Positions 18,849 through 26,944 of a stretch of DNA of 26,944 nt are shown here, piece by piece. This DNA is from Chthonomonadales bacterium. GTDB taxonomy: Bacteria > Armatimonadota > Chthonomonadetes > Chthonomonadales > CAJBBX01. Below the pieces are notes generated by a model. It saw only the letters and a program-made list of their open reading frames with translations, did not search any database and was not told the origin of the DNA. The first letter of the stretch is position 1. The number at the start of each line of letters is the position of its first letter. Location: contig JBBIPC010000026.1 of NCBI GenBank assembly GCA_037443035.1, forward strand, positions 15,172 through 42,115, written 5' to 3'. Position numbers and translations under genes: made by a program.

Positions 18849-21127
18849 TCCCCATTCTGCTCGCCTCCTTTCTAGTAGTTCGGCCTGCATCGCCGCCAGT
18901 GGGCCTTCGCCTGGAGGGCAGCTTTCTGCAGTACAGCGATTCGATGGCAAACCGCACGTTCGCGGAGTGGCGCAGGGAGTTGGACGCGGCGCGCGCCATC
19001 GGTCTCCACACGATCATCATCCAGTGGCTCTCCTATGGGAATCACGCATACATGCCCGCCGGGTCTGGCCCAGATCCCACGGAGCACATCCTCCGATACG
19101 CAGACGCGCACGGCTTGCGCATCTTCATCGGTCTGCGTGGTGATGAGGCATGGTGGAGCAACTGGAAGGATGCCGCCTATCTCGATGCCCTTGCGGCAGC
19201 TAGCGAACGCATCGCCAGTCTCGCGTGGAAACGCTATGGCCACCATCGCGCCTTCGCGGGCTGGTACATTCCAACCGAGCTCTGGGACGCCCCGTTCACC
19301 GATGCGCAGATTGCCGCCTTGCGACGCTTCTTCCAGACCATCAGCACACACTGCAAGAGCCTCGCCGACGGCAAGCCTGTGGCCATTGCGCCGTTCTTCA
19401 CGGGCCTTACACCGCCCAAGCGTGTGTCGGAGATCTATGCCGCGCTGCTCACGGATTCCAATGTGGACGTCCTCATGCTCCAGGATGGCGTTGGAGCCAG
19501 GGGCTGGCACACCGAAATCGAGGAACGGGTTGTTCCCTATTTCCAGGCGTTCAGAGACGCCTGTCTTGCGGGAGGGGTCGAGCTGTGGTCCGATCTCGAG
19601 TGCTTCAGACTAGAGGATCGGAAGACGCATGCCTTCGGGCCAGCACCGCCCGAGCGGATACTAGAGCAGCTCGCCGCTGAGGCACCGTTTGTTCGGCACT
19701 TCGTGACCTTCGACTTCTTTCACTACATGAGCCCCTCCTGCGGCAAGCAAGCGTCGAACCTGTACTACGGCTACAAGCGGTTCTGCGCGGATGCGGCATT
19801 CCTGCCTGTTCTCGGTCGGTCCATGCAAGTAGACCCGACATTCGTCTACTATCGCGATCGCTCTCCGGAGAGTATTGCCGACGAGATTCGGGCGGCGGGC
19901 TACAGCCTTGTGCATTACGTCGTGGTCAACGACACCGATGTAGACGGTAGACTGGTGGAAGCCTTCCGGCGACGGGGCATCGGTGTGTGGTACGTTACGT
20001 TCGGCAACGGTACCTACCGCCCCTCGGGCCTGCCACCCGGCTGGGAAGAATGGCGCATGGTGACGCGCTCCGACCTGGCCGGTCAGCCTCACAACGATGG
20101 CTACACACGTCTCTGCCTGAACAATCCGGCCTACCGTGCTTGGAAGAAGTCCACCATGGCGAAGGTGCTCACGCAGCATGCGTTCGTTGGAGTGGATATC
20201 GCCGAGCCGCACTGGCCGGAGTACCCCGGCATCGCTTCGCCCGCTTATGCATGCTTCTGCAAGTACTGCAGATCGGCGTTTCTGAAGGCGAATCCCGAGG
20301 AGACGGACCTGCCGGATATCCTGGACCCGGCATCGCCACGACATCCCTCCCGCAATCCTGAGCTCTGGGCGAAATGGCTCCGCTTCCGCCAGGTCTCCCT
20401 CACCGACTTCCTGAAGGATCTTGTCAACGCACCGGACGGCCTCCGACAGACCTGCCCAGACCGCAAGGTGTGCACATGGACGCTGGCGCTGCTCGGCGAT
20501 GACGGCATGGCTCGGGTGCGCGAGCTGCACGGTGAGGACGCAGCCGAAGTCGTCCGCATCGTCAAGCCCGACGTGCACTGCCTGCAGACCCACTGGCCCG
20601 ATTGGATGGAGGGGGACCTGGAAGGAGATTACGTTCGGGGCTACAAGCCGTATCTCGATGCCATACGTCGCGTGGTACCGAATGCTCCGGTCGTCTTGCA
20701 GGCGGACATCGGCTCGCAGAAGCAGAATCGCCGATCCTGGGCGTGGGTACGTCAGTTCGAGAATGCATGCAGGCGTATGGGCGCCCAGGGGGCCATGTCG
20801 TACGAATACTTCATCGGCGGGTACATGTACGATGAACCGCCTAGGGTGGTGGAAGCGAGTCGAGTGGGAGATGCGTTGCGGCTTGTTTTCGACAAGAGGC
20901 TCGACCCGGCAACCGCCGGCAAGACAGGCGCCTACGAGATCGAGGGAGCGAACGTGACGGATGTGGAGGTGGATGGTAACGTCGTGAAGTTGCGCCTGAC
21001 GGGCGCGAAACCTGGGAGTCTCCTGCGAGTGACCGCGAAGGGTATCGCCGACGCCGCTGACCGGCGGCTTTTCGATGATCGGCCGCCATGCGTGCTCGTC
21101 GAACAGACGCTGCGTGTGCGCTGGTGA
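18845..21127 (+). CDS. DUF4434 domain + second glycoside-hydrolase-like TIM barrel + C-terminal Ig-like domain (~760 aa)
   Basis: GTGA overlap with the permease stop. LEGSFLQ...IIIQW...GWYIPTE...LQDGVG...LWSDLE matches DUF4434. The second half has LCLNNPAYR, GVDIAEP, CFCKYC..AF and W..FR, as in GH-like barrels. Confidence 0.7.
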   Translation: MIPILLASFLVVRPASPPVGLRLEGSFLQYSDSMANRTFAEWRRELDAARAIGLHTIIIQWLSYGNHAYMPAGSGPDPTEHILRYADAHGLRIFIGLRGDEAWWSNWKDAAYLDALAAASERIASLAWKRYGHHRAFAGWYIPTELWDAPFTDAQIAALRRFFQTISTHCKSLADGKPVAIAPFFTGLTPPKRVSEIYAALLTDSNVDVLMLQDGVGARGWHTEIEERVVPYFQAFRDACLAGGVELWSDLECFRLEDRKTHAFGPAPPERILEQLAAEAPFVRHFVTFDFFHYMSPSCGKQASNLYYGYKRFCADAAFLPVLGRSMQVDPTFVYYRDRSPESIADEIRAAGYSLVHYVVVNDTDVDGRLVEAFRRRGIGVWYVTFGNGTYRPSGLPPGWEEWRMVTRSDLAGQPHNDGYTRLCLNNPAYRAWKKSTMAKVLTQHAFVGVDIAEPHWPEYPGIASPAYACFCKYCRSAFLKANPEETDLPDILDPASPRHPSRNPELWAKWLRFRQVSLTDFLKDLVNAPDGLRQTCPDRKVCTWTLALLGDDGMARVRELHGEDAAEVVRIVKPDVHCLQTHWPDWMEGDLEGDYVRGYKPYLDAIRRVVPNAPVVLQADIGSQKQNRRSWAWVRQFENACRRMGAQGAMSYEYFIGGYMYDEPPRVVEASRVGDALRLVFDKRLDPATAGKTGAYEIEGANVTDVEVDGNVVKLRLTGAKPGSLLRVTAKGIADAADRRLFDDRPPCVLVEQTLRVRW

Positions 21128-21215
21128 ACGGACCCACCGTCCGGGCGCACGGCGAGGCAGGCGCAGCTCCCCGCAATGTAGGATTCAGACACTGCCGAGG
21201 GGTATCTCACCGTCC

Positions 21216-21953
21216 ATGAACAACACTCCAGACGCAGCCCCTAGAAGCGCCCGGTGGCACCGTTGGAGGTCGGTGCTGTGGGTTGTCTTCCTCGTAGCTA
21301 TTGTCGCTGCTGGGGTTCCGGCGTTACGGTTCCGGAGCTACTCCATGAGCCGTGTTCGTTGCCAGTCGAACCTGCGCCGCTTGGCTGTGGCGTTGCTCCT
21401 CTATGCCCAGGATCACGACTACCGATTCCCCATACCCGACTATCCCACCGGCCCGGACCGTTACCGAACATGGGTGGACCTGCTGAGCATGTACGTAGAC
21501 CGCCAGCCCATCCTCCAGTGCCCATGGAACGAGCCAGGGCATGCTCGCCATCCGCGCAAGGGCTTCCGATTCGGCTCCAGCTACGCCCTCAACTCGCGCT
21601 TCTGGAACCATTTCATGCCTGGGCCCTTCCCCTTGGACAACCTGGAGTTACCGACCCAGACGGTACTGCTCGTCGAAGCGGGCAGGGAACGGGCAGATGG
21701 CCCGTTCGGTCACGACCTCACCGATAGAATCTGGCATACCTACTGGGACACGGGCGCCATGCCGGGTGCCTATCCTTCGCCCCACTGGGGGAAGATGAAC
21801 ATCGTGGCAGTGGACGGACACGCCCGGACCGTCAGCGTGGCACACTATAGCCTCGACGGCCACAATCCTCAGCTCGGCAGGTTGGGAGGCGGTGTGTTCA
21901 ACTGGAACGGTGGTCATCCCAACGGAGACACCTCCGGTCCTCCTGCCGAGTAG
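21216..21953 (+). CDS. DUF1559/SBP_bac_10-like pilin-type protein with H-X9-DG C-terminal motif (~245 aa)
   Basis: One N-terminal TM helix, CQSNLRRLAVALLLYAQDHD, ILQCP, SYALN and HWGKMNIVAVDGH. Confidence 0.8.
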   Translation: MNNTPDAAPRSARWHRWRSVLWVVFLVAIVAAGVPALRFRSYSMSRVRCQSNLRRLAVALLLYAQDHDYRFPIPDYPTGPDRYRTWVDLLSMYVDRQPILQCPWNEPGHARHPRKGFRFGSSYALNSRFWNHFMPGPFPLDNLELPTQTVLLVEAGRERADGPFGHDLTDRIWHTYWDTGAMPGAYPSPHWGKMNIVAVDGHARTVSVAHYSLDGHNPQLGRLGGGVFNWNGGHPNGDTSGPPAE

Positions 21954-22108
21954 GCGGCACTGGGGTTCGCTGGCGATCCCTTGCCACTCGAACCTGCCGG
22001 TAGTTCACAGTACTTCCCTGAGACGGTAGATTGTCGGTACACTGGCATACTCACCACGAGGTGTATGGCGATTCGCGAGATCTACGAATCGCCGGGAGGT
22101 TGACGACC

Positions 22109-24925
22109 ATGCATATCCGCCTCCGTCGTTCGCAAAGCCGATGGGCGGCAGTTGCCATGCTCGTCTCGGCAGCATCGCTGATGATCGGCACGGCCTACAG
22201 TGGCGTGGCCATGCGGCGTGCAGCTCCTCAGAGTACGGAGCCGCGCCGCGCAGAAATCGAGCGCGACTGGCTCGAACAGGAGACGGCCCGTGTGGAAGGC
22301 CGAACCGCACTGACGACGGCCGAAGACGCGGCGGGCGCCTGCGACGGCTGGAAGGATGGCCAATGGGGGTTCCACACGGGCCTCGACGCCGAGCCGTGGT
22401 GGCAGGTGGACCTCCAGACGCCCACGCAACTCGACCGGGTCGTCGTCTACAACCGGTGCGATGCAGCCTCCCGTGCGGACCAACTCTCCATTCTCGTTTC
22501 GGTGGATGGACGGTCCTGGAACCGGGTCTACCGGCATGCAGGTCCGACCTTCTACGGTGCTACGGACGGACGGCCGCTCGTCGTACCGCTGAAGGGTGTC
22601 GCGGCCCGCTATGTGCGTTGCACCATTCCCGGTCCTGCGTACCTGCACCTCGACGAAGTGGAGGTCTATGCAGCAGCCGACCCGGCCACGAACATCGCCC
22701 TGAACAAGCCCTGCGATCAGAGCAGCCTAAGTCAGTGGTCGCGTCCACCTCATCGCCCCGCGCTGTCAGTTCTCCCGCTCGAGGACCTCCTGGAGCGCGG
22801 CCGAAAACTCGTGGCGCGGCTCAGAGCCGTGGGCATCCCCACGACGGATTGCGAGCGGGAACTCCAGAAGGCAGCATTGGCCGCCAACGGCCCTCCTGAA
22901 CAGCGACATCAGGCCTATCTCAACGCTCGGTGGGCCATGCGGCGCCTCATGCTCGCGGACCCGCTCCTTAGCTTCGACCGCCTCCTCTTCGTCAAGCGCG
23001 TCAACGGTTCGTTCAATCACATGTCGGACCAGCATTACGGCTGGTGGTCCCGACCTGGTGGCGGCCTGTACATTCTGAGCGGCTTCCGATCCGACACGCC
23101 TCAGATTCGCCAGATCGAAACCGGCCTTCCGGAAGGCAGCTACATTGACCCGGATCTTTCCTATGACGGCAAGAGGATTCTCTTCGGGTATTGCCGATAC
23201 TATCCGGAAAGCGCCCAGCGTGCCGACAAGACGGACAAGGCCAGCATTCCCGAGGACGCTTTCTATCATCTCTACGAGATCACCGTGGAGGGAACCGGGC
23301 TCCGTCGGCTCACGAGTGGTAAGTACGACGACTTCTCGGGGCGATACCTGCCCGACGGCTCCATCATCTTCCTCTCCACCCGACGAGGTGCCAGTGTCCA
23401 GCATGTCGGAGCTGTCGCCGACGAGGCAAGCCCGCGCCCGGACAGTTTCGTGCGCTGCGGCGGTGACCGGTACCGACCTGTATCGGTCTACACGCTCCAC
23501 AGGCTCATGCCGGACCGTAAGACCGTCATCGCTCTGTCGCCGTTCGAGAACTTTGAGTGGACTCCCAACGTCTGTAACGACGGTCGCATCCTCTACGCGA
23601 GATGGGACTATGTCGATAGGAACAACATGCCCTTCATGAAGCTCTGGTCCACCAACCCGGACGGCACGAATCCGCAGGCGGTCTATGGGAACCATACCGC
23701 TCTGTTCCATTGCGCCTTCGAGGCCCGCCAGGTTCCTGGCTCCCGCAAGATTCTCTTCACCGCGTCGGCGCATCACGCCGTGACCGGCGGGAGCCTCGTG
23801 ATGCTGGACCCGGCTAGAGGTATGGACGGTGCCGAGCCCATTCAGCGCATCACACCGGAGGTGTGTTTCCCCGAGGTCGAGGGATGGCCCCGGTCGTATT
23901 ACATGAGCCCCTTCCCTCTATCGGAGCGGGTTTTCCTCACGGCATGGGGTCGCGGCAACCTGGCCGAGAATCCCACGCGTGGCCTCGGTATCTATGTCGG
24001 CGACACCGACGGCAACCTGGAGCTGCTCTACAAAGATCCGGCCATCTCCAGCACTTATCCGCAGCCGCTGAGGGCCCGGCCCATGCCTCCCATGCCCTCG
24101 GATCGTCTCGCTGAGCAAGCGGACGAGGGGAGGTTCCTCGTCAGCAGCATCACCACAGGCCTTCCCGTGCTGAACCAGCGTATCACGCGTCTTCGGATCG
24201 TCGCCGTACCGGCCAAGACCCAGCCTGAGATGAACAGCCCTAACCTGGGAGTGACCGCCGACGATCCTGGCAAGTGCGTGCTTGGGACGGTACCTGTGGA
24301 GCGGGATGGGTCGGCCTACTTTCTGGCGCCCAGCGGCGTGCCCCTCTTCTTCCAGGCGATTGGCGAAGACGGCACCGCCGTCCAGACCATGCGGACGGTG
24401 ACCTATGTCCAGCCAAGGCAGACAGTGGGATGCGTGGGCTGCCATGAGAGCCGAGCCACGCCGGTAGCTAACCGCCGACCTATGGCGCTGAACCGGCCTC
24501 CGTCTCGCATCACACCTGGGCCGGATGGTAGCTGGCCGTACCGTTTCGACCGCCTTGTGCAGCCCGTCCTCGACCGGCACTGTGTGAGCTGTCATGCTCC
24601 TGGGAAGCATGCGTCGCATGTGAACCTCGCACCTGCCGCGGCCTACGAGACGCTCGTGAGTTACGGACATCCCAGCCTGCGCGAGCACGTGCAGAACCGT
24701 TATCGGGAGGGCAGGTCCATAGCGGGCCAGGGTGCGGCCGCCACGAGCGCCTTGCTGCAGCTTCTGCGGAAGGGGCACCAGGGAGTCCGCCTGGACGCCC
24801 AAGACATGGAGAGGTTTGTTACATGGATGGATACCTACGCCCAGCGGCTGGGGTCGTTCAGCCCACAACAGGAGGAGGAACTGATGCTGCTGCGGCGACG
24901 CTGGGCGGCGATCCTGGCGCCGTGA
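22109..24925 (+). CDS. HzsA-related exported protein: F5/8 type C (discoidin) domain, TolB-like beta-propeller, hydrazine synthase alpha middle-like domain, two CxxCH (~938 aa)
   Basis: RBS ggagg and signal peptide. FHT...PWWQVDL...VYNR...LDEVEVY (discoidin); DPDLSYDGKRILF, DGRILYARWDYVDR; LGTVPVERDGSAYF; CVGCH (24431-24445) and CVSCH (24581-24595). Confidence 0.8.
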   Translation: MHIRLRRSQSRWAAVAMLVSAASLMIGTAYSGVAMRRAAPQSTEPRRAEIERDWLEQETARVEGRTALTTAEDAAGACDGWKDGQWGFHTGLDAEPWWQVDLQTPTQLDRVVVYNRCDAASRADQLSILVSVDGRSWNRVYRHAGPTFYGATDGRPLVVPLKGVAARYVRCTIPGPAYLHLDEVEVYAAADPATNIALNKPCDQSSLSQWSRPPHRPALSVLPLEDLLERGRKLVARLRAVGIPTTDCERELQKAALAANGPPEQRHQAYLNARWAMRRLMLADPLLSFDRLLFVKRVNGSFNHMSDQHYGWWSRPGGGLYILSGFRSDTPQIRQIETGLPEGSYIDPDLSYDGKRILFGYCRYYPESAQRADKTDKASIPEDAFYHLYEITVEGTGLRRLTSGKYDDFSGRYLPDGSIIFLSTRRGASVQHVGAVADEASPRPDSFVRCGGDRYRPVSVYTLHRLMPDRKTVIALSPFENFEWTPNVCNDGRILYARWDYVDRNNMPFMKLWSTNPDGTNPQAVYGNHTALFHCAFEARQVPGSRKILFTASAHHAVTGGSLVMLDPARGMDGAEPIQRITPEVCFPEVEGWPRSYYMSPFPLSERVFLTAWGRGNLAENPTRGLGIYVGDTDGNLELLYKDPAISSTYPQPLRARPMPPMPSDRLAEQADEGRFLVSSITTGLPVLNQRITRLRIVAVPAKTQPEMNSPNLGVTADDPGKCVLGTVPVERDGSAYFLAPSGVPLFFQAIGEDGTAVQTMRTVTYVQPRQTVGCVGCHESRATPVANRRPMALNRPPSRITPGPDGSWPYRFDRLVQPVLDRHCVSCHAPGKHASHVNLAPAAAYETLVSYGHPSLREHVQNRYREGRSIAGQGAAATSALLQLLRKGHQGVRLDAQDMERFVTWMDTYAQRLGSFSPQQEEELMLLRRRWAAILAP

Positions 24926-25983
24926 ACCTGCGGATCCTGCCGCACGACGGATGGGAGGAGATCGTTCTTGCGCTGCCATGCGCGCCAGGGGAGAGTGCGT
25001 CGGAAGCGCTTCTCAGGGCGGTTTCCGTGCTCCATCGCGAGGATGCTGACCTCCTCCGCGCGGTCGTCTTTGGCAGGGTAACACCCCACGGTCAGACCGT
25101 CGTCGGTCCGCGTGGCATTCCGGCAACCTTCATCGAGGGAGCGCCCTGCTCGGAAGGGTTAGTGGCAGGCGTCCAGGTTGTGGGTGCCCGCGGAGTCGAA
25201 GTAGCATGCTACGAAGGGGAGTACGGAGCCATGGCCACCGTGGTGGAGGATCGCCACGCGCGCTGGGCCTATGTCTCCAACGTTGCGCCGAGTTCCCTCT
25301 GGGCGCCACCAGGCATGCAGGCGCGGGAGGCGTTCGAACGGGCCGAAGCGACGTTACGGCTGGCGGGCATGGGCTTTGAGCATGTCTATCGCACATGGCT
25401 CTTCGTGGAAGACATTTTGGGGTGGTATGGCGACCTCAACAGGGTGAGGACCGCCTTCTATAGCGAGCGCGGTGTGTTCCGGGGAGTCGTGCCTGCCAGT
25501 ACTGGCGTTGGAGCGTCCAATCCCGTAGGCGCAGCCTTGACCATGGATGCGCTTGCGGTCTCGCCCTTGGATGGGCGCATTCAGATACGACCTGTGGAGT
25601 CGCCCCTCCAGTGTTCCGCGCAGAACTACGGAAGCTCCTTCAGCCGGGCGCTGGAAATCGTCGAGCCAGGTCTGCGGCGCCTCGTCGTGTCGGGCACGGC
25701 CAGCATTGGCCGGGATGGGTCTACTTTGTGCGTGGGAGACGTCGCCGCTCAGACCGACTGGACACTGGACGTCGTGGAGGCCATCCTCCGGAGCCGTGCT
25801 ATGGACTGGAGCGACGTCACACGGGCCGTGGCTTACTTCCGCAACCCCTCCGATTGGTGCGTCCTTCCCGATCGCTGGGTTCGGCGAGGGGCGCCCGACC
25901 TCCCGGTGATCACAGCTGCCAGCGTGATCTGCCGCGACGACCTTCTCTTCGAAATAGAACTCGACGCGGCGAGACCGGACTAG
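24922..25983 (+). CDS. Multi-domain RidA/YjgF-fold protein, FkbO/Hyg5 chorismatase-like (~353 aa)
   Basis: GTGA overlap with the upstream stop. Motifs RTW, YGDLNRVR, PASTGVG, ESPLQCSAQNYGSSFSRA, SGTASI and ICRDDLLFEIE. Confidence 0.75.
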   Translation: MNLRILPHDGWEEIVLALPCAPGESASEALLRAVSVLHREDADLLRAVVFGRVTPHGQTVVGPRGIPATFIEGAPCSEGLVAGVQVVGARGVEVACYEGEYGAMATVVEDRHARWAYVSNVAPSSLWAPPGMQAREAFERAEATLRLAGMGFEHVYRTWLFVEDILGWYGDLNRVRTAFYSERGVFRGVVPASTGVGASNPVGAALTMDALAVSPLDGRIQIRPVESPLQCSAQNYGSSFSRALEIVEPGLRRLVVSGTASIGRDGSTLCVGDVAAQTDWTLDVVEAILRSRAMDWSDVTRAVAYFRNPSDWCVLPDRWVRRGAPDLPVITAASVICRDDLLFEIELDAARPD

Positions 25984-26006
25984 AACGTAGCTCAGGAACC
26001 CACACC

Positions 26007-26783
26007 ATGTCCATGAAACAACATGAAGCCGTGGCATTGGCACTGGAGCGCCTGGGGGGCGAAGCGACGCTGGGAGAGCTGTACCGAGCCACCATGGAGA
26101 TCCCCGACTGTCACTGGGGAACGAAGACGCCATTCGCCTCGATACGGCGGATTGTCCAGACTCACCCAGCCTTCGTGCGCGTCCGGCCCGGCCTCTGGGC
26201 GTTGAAGCAGAGTCGGCAGGAACGTGGCTTGCCTCCTGTCCAGGACGAGGCATTGGCGACACCGGAGCAGAATGCCGAGAATCACTCTTTCTACCAGGGC
26301 TTGTTGCTCAAGCTCGGGAGCCTCGGCGGATACGACACGTTCGCGCCCCACCAGGACCGAAACCGGCTGTTCGTGCGACAACCGATTGGCGCGCTGCGGA
26401 CGCTATCGGACCTGCCTCCGTTCACATACCCTGAGATTGTCAAGAAGGCCTCGACCGTGGACGTGATCTGGTTCGTCCGCAGGAGCCAAGACGTGCGCAT
26501 GCCGGCGAGCTTCATCGAGGTCGAGCACACCACGGATTTTGTCAACTCCCTGGTGAAGTTCTGCGAGTTTCAGGACTTCTCGGCGGCAATGGTCATCGTG
26601 GCCGCCCGTGAACGTCGGAGGGAATTCGAAGCGGCGCTCGACCGAACAGCGTTCGAGCCCATCAGGAAGCGGGTGGAGTTCGTCCCGTACGATGTGCTTG
26701 CACGGGAATACGAAGCTGCGGAATGCCGCGCGGCGTGCGGGCTGCCTCCGCCTCGCTCCCCACGACGGACTGCCAGATTCTGA
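26007..26783 (+). CDS. N-terminal wHTH (HARE-HTH-like) + PD-(D/E)XK restriction-endonuclease-like protein (~258 aa)
   Basis: LGGEATLGELY...TKTPFASIRRIVQ...PGLWAL (HARE-HTH-like), then HSFYQG..., VDVIW and FIEVEHTT (D...ExE variant catalytic core). Confidence 0.65.
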   Translation: MSMKQHEAVALALERLGGEATLGELYRATMEIPDCHWGTKTPFASIRRIVQTHPAFVRVRPGLWALKQSRQERGLPPVQDEALATPEQNAENHSFYQGLLLKLGSLGGYDTFAPHQDRNRLFVRQPIGALRTLSDLPPFTYPEIVKKASTVDVIWFVRRSQDVRMPASFIEVEHTTDFVNSLVKFCEFQDFSAAMVIVAARERRREFEAALDRTAFEPIRKRVEFVPYDVLAREYEAAECRAACGLPPPRSPRRTARF

Positions 26784-26804
26784 ACCACACGGAGACTGCC
26801 AGCA

Positions 26805-26944
26805 GTGAAGCAAGCCGTAGGTCACAGGTTCCGAAGCATGCGGAACCCTCGGTACCGCATCAGCAAGTTCGACCACGAGACCTTCATCGTCTACGACCGA
26901 GAAGAGAAACGGGAGATCTGCGTCTGTTCGAGCTACGAGGGCGG
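26805..26944 (+). CDS. Partial hypothetical protein running off the window (VKQAVGHRFRSMRNPRYRISKFDHETFIVYDREEKREICVC...)
   Basis: RBS ggaga at 26791 and GTG 26805 (or ATG 26838). Open to the window end with C/G-ending codons. Confidence 0.45.
   Translation, partial: MKQAVGHRFRSMRNPRYRISKFDHETFIVYDREEKREICVCSSYEG

Noticed and set aside
22109..24925. Anammox hydrazine synthase
   Set aside because: No hzsB/C, an extra discoidin domain, and no Tyr after the first CxxCH. Only a distant HzsA-related protein.

Overview
GC-rich bacterial chromosomal window, probably from a diderm such as Armatimonadota or a PVC-type lineage. That taxonomy is inferred from the DUF1559-like, HzsA-like and FadL-like genes. 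From left to right: (1) a REP-like palindromic repeat cluster; (2) a URO-D/methyltransferase-fold gene divergent from two coupled PhyH-type dioxygenases; (3) a compact ~7 kb operon with a clear sigma70 promoter and palindromic operator: ArsR - TusA - cysteine-rewired MvhD - HdrA1 - HdrA2 - small wHTH - QmoC-like membrane subunit - DsrE2 - truncated FadL-like porin; (4) a minus-strand GH2 beta-galactosidase, a hypothetical gene and a gluconolactonase; (5) parA-parB with a perfect parS; (6) a lone sugar ABC permease coupled to a DUF4434/GH-like multidomain gene; (7) a DUF1559-like pilin-type gene; (8) an HzsA-related diheme protein coupled to an FkbO/Hyg5-like Rid protein; (9) a wHTH-PD-(D/E)XK nuclease-like gene and a partial ORF. 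The most interesting element is operon (3). It resembles a QmoABC complex, has no aprAB/sat or hdrB beside it in this window, and sits with persulfide carriers. It is a candidate undescribed membrane-linked sulfane-sulfur oxidoreductase. All family calls come from motif recognition by eye; no searches were run.
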